A DNA stretch of 63,778 bases, counting the filler, from Trichomonas gallinae (taxonomy: Eukaryota), in assembly GCA_008369845.1 (NCBI GenBank). It is 4 parts of 4 records of this genome, joined end to end, with 100 filler letters (N's around TTAATTAATTAA, not from the genome) between each part and the next. Parts side by side here need not be neighbours in the genome. Positions count along the whole stretch, not along the records: positions 1 to 20,599 come from MRSU01000526.1; positions 20,700 to 30,543 come from MRSU01000531.1; 2 more parts are not named here. One strand, given 5' to 3'. Both the position numbers and the translations under genes were made by a program. Shown in pieces: positions 10,783 to 20,991 of the stretch (position 1 is the stretch's first letter; every line of letters starts with the position of its first letter). The notes below the pieces were generated by a model. It was not told the origin of the DNA and searched no databases. It saw only the letters and a program-made list of their open reading frames with translations.

Positions 10783-13700
10783 TTAATTAATTGGGATAAA
10801 AACAATTTCTTTGTGATGAAGCACGCACAAAGCAACTAAGGAATCATCATATTTGAAATCAACAATTTGAGAATCAGATTTATACAATATTTCAGGATTA
10901 TAATTTGGCTTCACGTGAATATCATAAACGCATCCAATATCAGAGACAACAAATAAACGGTCCATGCCTCTTATCTGCAATGAAAGCCAATATATGATGC
11001 TAAAGTCAATATTGATTGAAAATTGAAGAAATCCATTCACAGAGAAGATATCTATCTGATTTTCCTTAAACGCGGCGACATTTCCAATGGAATTCATGCA
11101 CAAAACATGTGTGTAAACTGAATCAGACTGAACTGAGTTAACAAGGCTTGAATCAGATAAATTATAAAACAAAAGTTGTTTGTTTGTCATAGAAATAACT
11201 AAGCTATCGAAATCAGGATCTGCTGATATACTTATCACTCTGGAATAGAAATTGATCGTTTTCACTGAGTTTTCAGATGAAATTAAAATTCTTCCATCTA
11301 AAAATACTTCCACTTTCAAATTATTGAAAATAATCTGAGATAAAACATTAGAGATGCTTGTTGTAGTATTTTCAGGTAGAATTGTTTGAGATAACACTTC
11401 ATTATTCGTAATAATGAAAGAATTATCTGAAATAGTAACTTTTGAGGTGATAGGCAATAATAAATTATCAACTTTTGTTATTTCAATGCCTGTATTTATC
11501 ATTTGGCCAATAAAAACTCGACTTTCATCTTGAATTAAAAGCAAAGTCTTAGAATTCGGGTTATAATAAGCTTGAGCACAGTTTTTCGTGTATCTTATTG
11601 TTGTTTGACCTATTTCAAACTGTGTTTTAGGTGACAAAACAGGAACAACATGATTCATCAAGTTTTGAATCCATTCGTGAATTTTCGCGAAATTATTTGC
11701 ATTCTCCATTGATTCTCTCAGCTCGAAGCTTATCAAAGGATCAAAATCAGGAGAAATACTTTCAGGAGAAACCAAAATTTCGTGTGAAGACTCTCCAAAT
11801 TTTTGTATATTTTCGAATTTGTTCAAATCATTAAATTTTGAATTTTCTAATTTGTCGAGTGGATATTTTGGATAATTCAAATTGCACGCGAATGTTGAGC
11901 CATTGACAAATTGGTAGAATGTAAGCATAGTTATGCAGCTCTTTATGGAATTCGCGTAATTCAAAAATTGCTCGCTGCCGATTTTGTAGATAGGAATTTG
12001 TATTTTCGTCATCATTTGATCATATAAATCTTCTTGCTCGAATACAGCTAAATACATTTTGCCATTATTCATGATGAAACTCAATCCACTTCTTCCTGAC
12101 ATGAAAATCATCTTGATTTTATCGAACATGATTGATTTCTTGAATTTCGCTGACTCAAATAATAATTCGTTCTCAAATAATGTTCCATCACAATCAACAC
12201 AAGTATTTCCGTCTTTGTAGAACTTTGCTTTGAGTGTGAATAAAGATGGCAGTGAATTGCGAATGATTAAAGTCTGCTCTGTTTGTTTTTCATATCTTCT
12301 AAGTTTGTTCGAAATAAAATTTGATGATATATAATTCCTTTTCACCCATTGTGGCTCTTTGTCATTAGACTGATGCAGATTTTTCAACAGCATTTTTTCG
12401 TTGTTGATTTTTGATTTAGAATTTTTCGTGTATAACTGTTTCAAGTCGTCACTTTCCATTTTATGCTTCTTGGAGACATTGTGGAGCTGATTTCCTAAGC
12501 CATTGACAAATGAATTCAATCGCATTGACGACATTTGTATTTCAGGAGTTGTCAGTAGTACCAGTTCTTCTTTGATTTTCGGCAAACTCGACAATAAAAT
12601 GGAATTCATTGCTTCCCATGTTTCGTTGTTGACTTTTTTGACGTATTTATACAATGTTTCAACGAAATTGAAATATTTTAGCTGTCTTTTCATTGCCGTA
12701 ACTTGTGCAATGAAAAGTGATGTCAGCAAATTATATGAATACTGATTCATTTGATCGACATTGCATATAACGAACGCCAAATAATTCTTCGCCGGATCGA
12801 ATTTCATGTTTTTGAGGTCGTGATATGTTTTGATTCTGTTTTCTTTATCTGCTATAATAGACGAGACTGAATCAGCGAAAGGAGAATTAGCAATGGAATT
12901 CCTCATTGCCTCTGACAAAGGATTTTTCCTCCACTGGAAGAAAATCGCAATTATTGCCCTTATCCATATATCAGGCAGCAACTGCTGTTCTTGTTGATCC
13001 ATGACAAGTTTGTCAATAATGATTTTGATCAATAAACTTTTCACTGATTGCGATTCGATGTTCATCCTTAATCCCAATAAATCCATCAATGATAAAGTTT
13101 GATCCAAATCAATCAAATTGAACTCGAATGTGATGATTTTAGCGATGAAATATATCATATCTGTCTGCTCCATTCCCGTGCTTAACAAAGCAAATATGCA
13201 TGGCCATAATTGCCAGAATTCTAAACCTTTTATCATTCGCATTGTGTCAACTTTTTTGGCGAGTTTATTGACAATTAAAGAAATCTCTCTTCTTATCTCT
13301 GAGTCGCCTTTTAGAGAGATCAGTGTCGCCAATGTATATAATACAGGGAACTGCCGAACATCGTCTATGAACATTTCACAAGAGAACGAAATAGGAATTT
13401 GATAAGCCAAAACTTGTGACCTCAAATAAAAATTTTGCGCGCTGCATAAATAAAAAGCACGCAAAAGTGGTGACAGCAATTCTCTGTATTGCGTGAAATT
13501 GACACTATGCAGATATTTGACATATTCAGTGCTTTTCGGTGCGAATTCGAACAATTGGCAGGCAAGCTTCAAAAAGAAGCAAATCAATGAAGAATCTTTG
13601 CAAGAAACAGCATTTTCCAAAACGCAAATTATTCCATCGTCTTTGTCAGGAATGATTTGATATAATTGAACGCATAAAGCGGTGATGATTTGAAGACATT

Positions 13701-16179
13701 TGTTTATGTCTAAGTCATGATATCTTTCGACTTCTTCTTGTCCTTCTCCTGTATAATAATAATATGCTCTGATTATCGTCACGAGTTGCCTGAAGAATCC
13801 TTTTGCCGAGAAAAAGTCAATATATTGCGGTAAAACTTTTTTGTGAATAAAAACTAATATTTTCTCAAGTTGTTCGTTGTTATTTTTAACCAACAAAGCG
13901 TGATTAAATAGAACAGAATTAAACCATGCTTCTGCTTGATTGGAATCGAAAATCCATGATAATCTAAATAATGATTTGTAGACGTTAAATGAATAATTAC
14001 CAAAAAGTGATAAAATGAAGTCGAAGCTTTCACTTTTGAGGTCGTAGATGTCTTCAATAAATCTGCAGAATATCTGGAGCACATTGTCTGTCTTTAACGA
14101 CTTGTTTAACAAAGAAGAAAGTCTTTCTAAAGGAAAATTCTTGACTCCAACGAATAATGATTTTTCTTTTGGATTAAATAGTTCTTCGTCAATATATGTC
14201 ATGTTCATGATGTTTTTATGCCTTGTAGTATACTCTGGGAAGCAGAAGAAAGGCTGGTGCTTGCAGAATTGGTTGTGTAAACCAACTTTTTCTGCAAGTT
14301 TGTGCTCGCTTGTCGGAACTGCCCATTGATGGAATGTGATGTTTGTCATCTGGACAATGTTCTCAACAACGAAGTCTGGAAGGTTTGTAACTGGCTCATT
14401 TCTGATTATGAATTTCATTTCTTCATTTTTGAGGTCTTCAGAAAGTATAACACTTGTAGATGTCTTATCTTTGCCTACACAACATGTTATTTTGAACTTA
14501 TCATCATTTTTCTTGAATTGTAGCGTAATAAAAGTCCAAACTCCGAAATCGAAGTTATCTAAGATGTGAAATGAAGAAATCTTTGTGACTTGTGTTACTG
14601 TTACTGAAACTGCTTTCTTATCGAAGTAAACTCGAAGAAATTGTTCATTTCCAACAAAAAGTTCGAATAAGTTGAAAGTTAAACTGCTAAGATATTTGCT
14701 GAGTGGCTCATCAAACTTTATCCAGAAGGAAAAGCCAAAACCATTCGCTATTGTGTCTCCATAATGAGCTCCTTCGAAAATTAAATGTGTTTTTGGTTTT
14801 AATGGAGAAATAACAGGAAACTTGATAATGCTGGATGCCCTTAGATACTCTATGAATGATGTTGACGTCTGTTCATAATTTGGATAAAGTTTTTCTGGAA
14901 TAATTAATTTGATAAATTCTTCTGCTAATTGCAATGAACTATTTTCTGAAGTTATATCGAAGAACATTGGGAAAACTCCGTTCTTAAGTGTTTGCCTTTT
15001 GATTGGATAAATTTCACAACCATTATATAAAATAATTTCTTCAGGATTCTGTGCAATTCGTAAAATAATGTGGCAAAGACCAGACTCGATGATTTTGTTG
15101 ACGTTATTTCTGCAATAATGAATGATAGGAGTGATTATTTCGATGAAATTATCAATTGTATTTGTTTTTGAGCAAAAAGAAAAGATTAAAACAATAACTG
15201 ACGCATTTTTCAATGTGACATTATCATAGTAGTCCTTTGGAATACTACCGTTTGAAAAAAGAGTGAAAATCTTATTTGAATTGAGATATTTTGGAAAAAT
15301 TGTGGAAAAAATCGAATTTTCATAGTCTGATATAACGTAATCTGGTATATCTGTAATTGCATATCTTAGAAAAGATAGTAACATGCATGCAATCTCATAA
15401 TTACACGTTTTTTCGCAAATTGGAAGAAAATATTTGAATATTGTGTGTGCAGCGTCGATAAAACCTGGCTTATTATTAAATAAAAGACGAATAACTGCTC
15501 CAATTGAAAGTGTAATCGAAGATTCGTTGAAATTTTGTGTTGCTGCACAAATTTGTTTAATAAACTTTAAAACATTATAATTTGCGACATTCATGGACTT
15601 AAAAACAAGTTTATTGAGGAGAGAATCGCGTATGTTGTCTTGTTGAAGCATTAAAACATAAATTTCATTATATGCCTCAGAAGTATATAAATGCGGCTCT
15701 GTATCAGGTGAATCTGCACATATTGCAGCAGTTGCGAACAATAATAAGCATTTGTATCGAAATGAAATAATTTCGTTTTCTTTATTTTGTTGATAAAGCT
15801 CTGAAAAATGCCTGAGTGAAGGTAGTATACAATCAATAAATACTGGAGAAGGATTATTTGCGAATGAATTTAATCCTAGAATGATAAATTCTGTGAGCAA
15901 ATCGAAATTTGTTGATATTTTGGATAGACACGAATCAATGAATGATTTGTCACATGTGAGGACGATTTCTTCTGTTAGATTTTGTCTCTCTTCGTTTACA
16001 AGATGAATATCATTATTAAGTTTAAAATTCTCGATTTCACTTACATAAAGCCGGTCAAAAAGCTCTGCTAGCTTCTGTGTATCAACACCAGGCTGCGAAA
16101 CAAATCCAGCTTCAGGAAGTGAAGTCTCTGATACTTCCAAAATTGAAATTGATTCAATAAAGATATAAAATATAAACAT
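10783..16179 (-). CDS. BEACH-family-like protein (ARM/LamG-PH-degenerate BEACH-WD40)
   Basis: Intact 1798-aa ORF. GFGFSFWIKF LamG-like motif, blocks collinear with the 46508-53692 paralog (e.g. LEFWQLWP vs KYWYVN), and a WD40-like C-terminus. Confidence 0.75.
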   Translation of the reverse strand: MFIFYIFIESISILEVSETSLPEAGFVSQPGVDTQKLAELFDRLYVSEIENFKLNNDIHLVNEERQNLTEEIVLTCDKSFIDSCLSKISTNFDLLTEFIILGLNSFANNPSPVFIDCILPSLRHFSELYQQNKENEIISFRYKCLLLFATAAICADSPDTEPHLYTSEAYNEIYVLMLQQDNIRDSLLNKLVFKSMNVANYNVLKFIKQICAATQNFNESSITLSIGAVIRLLFNNKPGFIDAAHTIFKYFLPICEKTCNYEIACMLLSFLRYAITDIPDYVISDYENSIFSTIFPKYLNSNKIFTLFSNGSIPKDYYDNVTLKNASVIVLIFSFCSKTNTIDNFIEIITPIIHYCRNNVNKIIESGLCHIILRIAQNPEEIILYNGCEIYPIKRQTLKNGVFPMFFDITSENSSLQLAEEFIKLIIPEKLYPNYEQTSTSFIEYLRASSIIKFPVISPLKPKTHLIFEGAHYGDTIANGFGFSFWIKFDEPLSKYLSSLTFNLFELFVGNEQFLRVYFDKKAVSVTVTQVTKISSFHILDNFDFGVWTFITLQFKKNDDKFKITCCVGKDKTSTSVILSEDLKNEEMKFIIRNEPVTNLPDFVVENIVQMTNITFHQWAVPTSEHKLAEKVGLHNQFCKHQPFFCFPEYTTRHKNIMNMTYIDEELFNPKEKSLFVGVKNFPLERLSSLLNKSLKTDNVLQIFCRFIEDIYDLKSESFDFILSLFGNYSFNVYKSLFRLSWIFDSNQAEAWFNSVLFNHALLVKNNNEQLEKILVFIHKKVLPQYIDFFSAKGFFRQLVTIIRAYYYYTGEGQEEVERYHDLDINKCLQIITALCVQLYQIIPDKDDGIICVLENAVSCKDSSLICFFLKLACQLFEFAPKSTEYVKYLHSVNFTQYRELLSPLLRAFYLCSAQNFYLRSQVLAYQIPISFSCEMFIDDVRQFPVLYTLATLISLKGDSEIRREISLIVNKLAKKVDTMRMIKGLEFWQLWPCIFALLSTGMEQTDMIYFIAKIITFEFNLIDLDQTLSLMDLLGLRMNIESQSVKSLLIKIIIDKLVMDQQEQQLLPDIWIRAIIAIFFQWRKNPLSEAMRNSIANSPFADSVSSIIADKENRIKTYHDLKNMKFDPAKNYLAFVICNVDQMNQYSYNLLTSLFIAQVTAMKRQLKYFNFVETLYKYVKKVNNETWEAMNSILLSSLPKIKEELVLLTTPEIQMSSMRLNSFVNGLGNQLHNVSKKHKMESDDLKQLYTKNSKSKINNEKMLLKNLHQSNDKEPQWVKRNYISSNFISNKLRRYEKQTEQTLIIRNSLPSLFTLKAKFYKDGNTCVDCDGTLFENELLFESAKFKKSIMFDKIKMIFMSGRSGLSFIMNNGKMYLAVFEQEDLYDQMMTKIQIPIYKIGSEQFLNYANSIKSCITMLTFYQFVNGSTFACNLNYPKYPLDKLENSKFNDLNKFENIQKFGESSHEILVSPESISPDFDPLISFELRESMENANNFAKIHEWIQNLMNHVVPVLSPKTQFEIGQTTIRYTKNCAQAYYNPNSKTLLLIQDESRVFIGQMINTGIEITKVDNLLLPITSKVTISDNSFIITNNEVLSQTILPENTTTSISNVLSQIIFNNLKVEVFLDGRILISSENSVKTINFYSRVISISADPDFDSLVISMTNKQLLFYNLSDSSLVNSVQSDSVYTHVLCMNSIGNVAAFKENQIDIFSVNGFLQFSINIDFSIIYWLSLQIRGMDRLFVVSDIGCVYDIHVKPNYNPEILYKSDSQIVDFKYDDSLVALCVLHHKEIVFIPIN

Positions 16180-16347
16180 GTTACATGATTCTGTAACAAA
16201 ATATTTAACAAAATATTTTTGATTTTGTCAAAAGAAAACTGACATGTCAATGTTGTCAAAAAAAATTGACATGTAAAATTGTCAAATGTCGGATTTTGTG
16301 CTTAGTCAAAAATATTCTCAATTTCGATTTTCAGAAACAACTCGTCA

Positions 16348-16385
16348 AATTTGGAAGGATTCCGCTGTGTTGACCAGGTGTCCGC
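16348..16385 (-). repeat. 38-nt dispersed repeat, copy B
   Basis: aatttggaaggattccgctgtgttgaccaggtgtccgc; 31/38 identical to the reverse complement of 6454-6491. Confidence 0.7.
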
Positions 16386-17064
16386 ACCTTTCAAACTACT
16401 GAATTGATTGGTATGTTGGACCATTTTAAAGCTATTATTGCATCGATTATGATTTGTATAAACTGGAGCAGCAGTTATTGACATTTTGACAATTTGTTTG
16501 TCATCAGACTCAATATTGTTTGTCATCAGACCCTAACATCAAAAATAAATTCCAGTAAGTCCAATCCGTTCATATATAGGCCATGCAAATAATATAAATC
16601 ATAGTAATAATTCTGTGATGTGAGTCAAAAAAAAGTTTACATTATTTTTTGACAAAATGTCAAAAAATATTGATCTTGATATCGAAAACACTCAAAATAA
16701 GTGCAATCCGTCCAAAAAGAAGCCCCTGTTATAACACTTCACTGAATAATAAAAACACTCATTCTTAAAACATATTACTGGCCAAAATTATCAAAAATCT
16801 ATTTGAATATCCATTATTGTCAAAAGTTTGAGCATTTTAGTTATCGATATAGATATGTCTCATAATAGACTATTATATGACAGAAATGTTCTTTATAATA
16901 GCAAATAATTAGTGATGAATTTAGAAAAGAAAATCAAATCTAGTCAAAAGTTTTAAATTCTAAATCAAACTAAGAAAATATGATGAAATATAAAAAATAG
17001 TAAAAAATCCATAGATGTCTATCGTCCTGGGATTGACCAATACTTGTCAATTTTTCAAAAAATT

Positions 17065-19227
17065 ATGTCTACTCCTAAAATTGAACGGCCTAAATCGAAC
17101 GCTTTGAACATTGCCGCGCCCACTGTGGAAAAAACCACACCAAAAGGCGGGCTCCTCTTCACAAAAAAGGATGGCGGGTCCTTAAATATCACACCAACTG
17201 CGGCACCAGCGAAACCAGCTGGTCCTGTGATCGAAAAGCCACATAAGGCACCAACAGTCACTGCTGCTACCCCGAAATACACAATTCAAAAACCAACTAA
17301 AGGCGATAAACTTTTATTCGAAAAGAATACAATCGAAAAAGCTCGCGAATGGCTCAAAGCCTTCTTAGAAATGAAAATCGAAATCACTCAAACACCTTTA
17401 TTCGAGCACATCGTTAAAATGAATGATCAACTTTTAAGATATCGCTTTAAACGCCAGGATAACAAGTCTGGAAAGACAGCTCCAATCAAGCGTGATGAGA
17501 TCAAGCTTCTCGTTAACAAGCTTACAATGGAGAACTACTACTCGCAAATTAATAAAGTTATTGTTCCAGAAAATCTTAGCAACGTCAACTACATCACCAA
17601 CCTCGTTGATACAGTCCACGAGGCTGCAATCAACGGTTACCCGTTAACAAACCTCTTCTCTTTGTTCATTGGAACAGTTTATTCAACACTCGATGAAGAA
17701 AACACAAAGAACGAGCGCGACGCACTTACAACAGAGCTCATCAAACTTATTCATGAGGAATTCAACAAGGAAATCGATGATAGCAATGCAGTTCAATTCG
17801 ACAAATACGTCAACAACGCCATGTTCTTCGGCTGCCTCGTCATGCGTGAGATCTTCAGCATCGAGGAGCTCTACAAGATCGCATTAGACCGCTTAAAGAG
17901 ACGTCATCCATATGATATTTCTGCTTTAATCAAGCTTCTTTTGCCAGTTGCTGGCAGACTTGAGCAGCAGATCCCAGATGCAACAAAGACAATCTACAGC
18001 GAACTCGAAAAGATAAAGACCGACAAAACATATCATTCTCGCATTAGATTCATCATCATGGATCTTCTTGATATCAGAAATGCCAAGTGGGAGGGTGTCG
18101 AGAAGCAATTCCCACAAATCAACGCAATCCAGAAGCAGCTCAAGCGCCAGGAAAAGAAGAAAGAAATCGCTCACAAAGCAGAAGCAAGCCACAAGATCGA
18201 AGCTGGCGTCAACAAGTTCGCCGGTCTTGCCAGCGATGACGATGACGAGGAGGTTCTTCCAGAATTCAACCCAGATGAGATGATCGGAGAATATTGCACA
18301 GATGAGGTCATCGTAAACAACTGGGAGTACACAACTGACACAGAGCCTCTCATTGAAGCTATCGTTGAGCTCAACAAGCAGCGCGCTTTGAAGTTCATCG
18401 AAATTTTCAGCGATTTACACTCAGATGAGCGTTTCTCCCCAGAAATCGCTGCAGATGCTTGCAAGTCTATCTTCGACAAGCGCGATGACTACTCTGACCT
18501 CCAGACAGCTATGAACATCCTCGGCCACATCTTTGCTAGAGTCGCTGTCTTGCAGGACGGCCTCATCGACGAGTTCGACAAGTACTTCAACTCATACAAC
18601 TTCGAAGTCATCTACGGCTTCTTCGAAGAGATGGCAAGGATGAAGAAGACAGATCAGCTCACAGAGTCACCATACTGGTCCGATCTCAAGTGGCGCCCAC
18701 GCACTGTCTCACAGAATGTCATCACAGAGGCCCTTATGCAGAACGAGAAGCTTCTCGAGGCATTCCCATTATACGACTACTTGTTTAGAGTCCACGATAT
18801 TTTGATTGCTCCTGAAGACATGGAAGAGGATGATAATTTCGACGTTTTAGGAGCCATAGATGAACTCTTAGAGGAGTTGCCATCTGATATTGCTACCTCC
18901 TTCGAGTTCATCCTCGGTGTCATGGAAATTGCCTTCGATGCTCAGTCATCAAACGAGCAGCAGGCACAAGATTCTATTGCTAAGCTTGTCCCGAAGAAGG
19001 ACTCGCCGGACTTCCAGGTTATCAAGGAGGAAGGCGTTCAGCTTCTCGAGGCATTTGAGAAGATCTCGTTCGAGTCTTCTAAACCAGTCGATGATATTGT
19101 CCAGTGGCTTAAGAAGCTCGGAGAGCTCGGATTCCCAATAACAGAATTCGCTCAGAAAGCTCTCGACGAAAAGGTCGCTAATTCTCAATTCGGCAACTAT
19201 CACAAGCGTATCACAGCCGGCTTATAA
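17065..19227 (+). CDS. MIF4G-domain protein, eIF4G-like
   Basis: IKLLVNKLTMENY and SRIRFIIMDLLDIRNAKW match the first and last helices of the eIF4G MIF4G domain. C-ending codon bias; first ATG at 17065. Confidence 0.85.
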   Translation: MSTPKIERPKSNALNIAAPTVEKTTPKGGLLFTKKDGGSLNITPTAAPAKPAGPVIEKPHKAPTVTAATPKYTIQKPTKGDKLLFEKNTIEKAREWLKAFLEMKIEITQTPLFEHIVKMNDQLLRYRFKRQDNKSGKTAPIKRDEIKLLVNKLTMENYYSQINKVIVPENLSNVNYITNLVDTVHEAAINGYPLTNLFSLFIGTVYSTLDEENTKNERDALTTELIKLIHEEFNKEIDDSNAVQFDKYVNNAMFFGCLVMREIFSIEELYKIALDRLKRRHPYDISALIKLLLPVAGRLEQQIPDATKTIYSELEKIKTDKTYHSRIRFIIMDLLDIRNAKWEGVEKQFPQINAIQKQLKRQEKKKEIAHKAEASHKIEAGVNKFAGLASDDDDEEVLPEFNPDEMIGEYCTDEVIVNNWEYTTDTEPLIEAIVELNKQRALKFIEIFSDLHSDERFSPEIAADACKSIFDKRDDYSDLQTAMNILGHIFARVAVLQDGLIDEFDKYFNSYNFEVIYGFFEEMARMKKTDQLTESPYWSDLKWRPRTVSQNVITEALMQNEKLLEAFPLYDYLFRVHDILIAPEDMEEDDNFDVLGAIDELLEELPSDIATSFEFILGVMEIAFDAQSSNEQQAQDSIAKLVPKKDSPDFQVIKEEGVQLLEAFEKISFESSKPVDDIVQWLKKLGELGFPITEFAQKALDEKVANSQFGNYHKRITAGL

Positions 19228-19479
19228 AGTATATTGGTATTCTCTTTTTATAATTTAATTAATTTTTATTATACATCATCAAAATTTATTAATATATGAC
19301 TGAATTTGAATGAATCAATTTAAGAAATTCTAATGACAATGGATAAAAATTGAAAATTTCGGAAATTCAATTGTATGTTCATGCGATAATATCGAAATAT
19401 AATATCATTTAATGATATGATTAAAACATATCATATAATGATAGCTAGAACCATGGAATTTTGTTACAATTCAAAATAG

Positions 19480-20354
19480 ATGAAGTAATATACAACCAAT
19501 CTTCTAGGCTTTATCATATTTATTCACAATGATAAAGCTCCAGGAGATGTTTGGAAACATTTTTACGATAAATCATATGATGGAAAAGAATATAATAATC
19601 AGATTTATGGTAACTTTTATTCAGAAAACAATGAAATATATGTATATCAAAATTTATTTTATGATTTATCATCTGGCACAATGTCGATCAAAACAGATAA
19701 TATTAAATTGCTTCACTCGTATTGCTTTTTTGACAAGTGTTCCAGAAGAAGCAATGGTGGAGCAATATATTTCTATTGCCAAAGTTCCATTGTTCAGCAC
19801 AGATTTTGCACTACAAACACATTAATAACTTCGGGAGATGGATTCCATTCGTATACAGATTTAAAAAGCAATAACTTTGTTCACCAAAATTACATCATTG
19901 ACTGCTCAGTTTCATCTTGTTCCAACACAAATGCCAATTGTTTGAAAAAGATGACCCAAACTATAGCTATATTTATAGACTTTTTTATAATAGTATTTTA
20001 GTATTTTGTGATATATAAAATCGCATGTGTAATATTGTTAAGAATACACAATACGAATCAAGTATTGGAATCATATACTCGCAAGATGAAGAATTTGTAA
20101 GATATTGCACAATTTTTGGACCTTATGGAGAAGGGAAACCATTTGCAAAGCATGGAGATTTAATTGCAATAAATTGCAGAGTTGACGACATAAAATATTA
20201 TGATAATGGTGGCACGGGAACATTCAGTTCTAGTGGCATCATTTTAGATAAAAGTCAACTAATTCTTCACCGCCTATCAACATACAATTGCCATGCAGAT
20301 AATCATCTAGAAAATAAAGCAAAAAAGACCAACCAAATTGGGATCAATTGTTGA
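19480..20354 (+). pseudogene. Disrupted member of the same beta-helix-like family as 1-945
   Basis: ATG AAG TAA at 19480-19488 (immediate stop). The frame then reads VWKHFY...NGGAIYF...VQHRFC to a stop at 20001 and resumes in another frame (CNIVKN...). Confidence 0.7.
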
Positions 20355-20599
20355 TAGGCTGTATTACAACAGTATATTACTTTTTTGTTATTTATAAACA
20401 TAACATGATTTTATTCAAAAGATATTGTTATCTGAATCTTTATAGATGAACTTAACTGCACTGGGAAGTTGCTCACGCAATAATTCGAGATCAAGATCTT
20501 GACATATTTGTAGTTATCGTTCTCTTCGTCGTTGTCGTTGTCGTTGTCATTGTCACTAGATTTAGGTCGGATATTGTCTGTTTGGTCATCCTTCTTGAT

Positions 20600-20699
20600 N
20601 NNNNNNNNNNNNNNNNNNNNNNNNNNNNNNNNNNNNNNNNNNNTTAATTAATTAANNNNNNNNNNNNNNNNNNNNNNNNNNNNNNNNNNNNNNNNNNNN
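20600..20699. other. Assembly gap with artificial six-frame stop linker
   Basis: N44-TTAATTAATTAA-N44. Confidence 0.98.
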
Positions 20700-20991
20700 G
20701 GATACGTAGCCTAAATATCGTTGTTGGGATACATCCTCTATATCTAGAATGACAAGTAGCCCCCGTCATATACTACTACCATTATAATTTTATCCATAAT
20801 TGAACAATATATACACTTGATTCGGTGATAGTCTAAGTCCATCACCACATCAATCATCTCCCACAACCATAACACATCCATCCATACTACAATAGTAATG
20901 ATGGTAAATTCAATATAAGAATTCCACAAAATTTACACGATAAATTCTGACATGTAAATTTGAAAAATTTCCAGGTGTTTTTAAAATTTTG

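Noticed and set aside
16302..16526. 74-aa ORF upstream of the degenerate BEACH gene
   Set aside because: Short, no recognisable family, and overlaps a dispersed repeat in promoter-like DNA.
20644..20655. TTAATTAATTAA palindrome repeated three times in the window
   Set aside because: Always centred in 100-nt N-gaps; an artificial six-frame stop linker.
20410..20930. (GACAAC)n microsatellite and compositionally odd sequence flanking the first gap
   Set aside because: Probably repeat or TE fragments, but too short to assign without a search.
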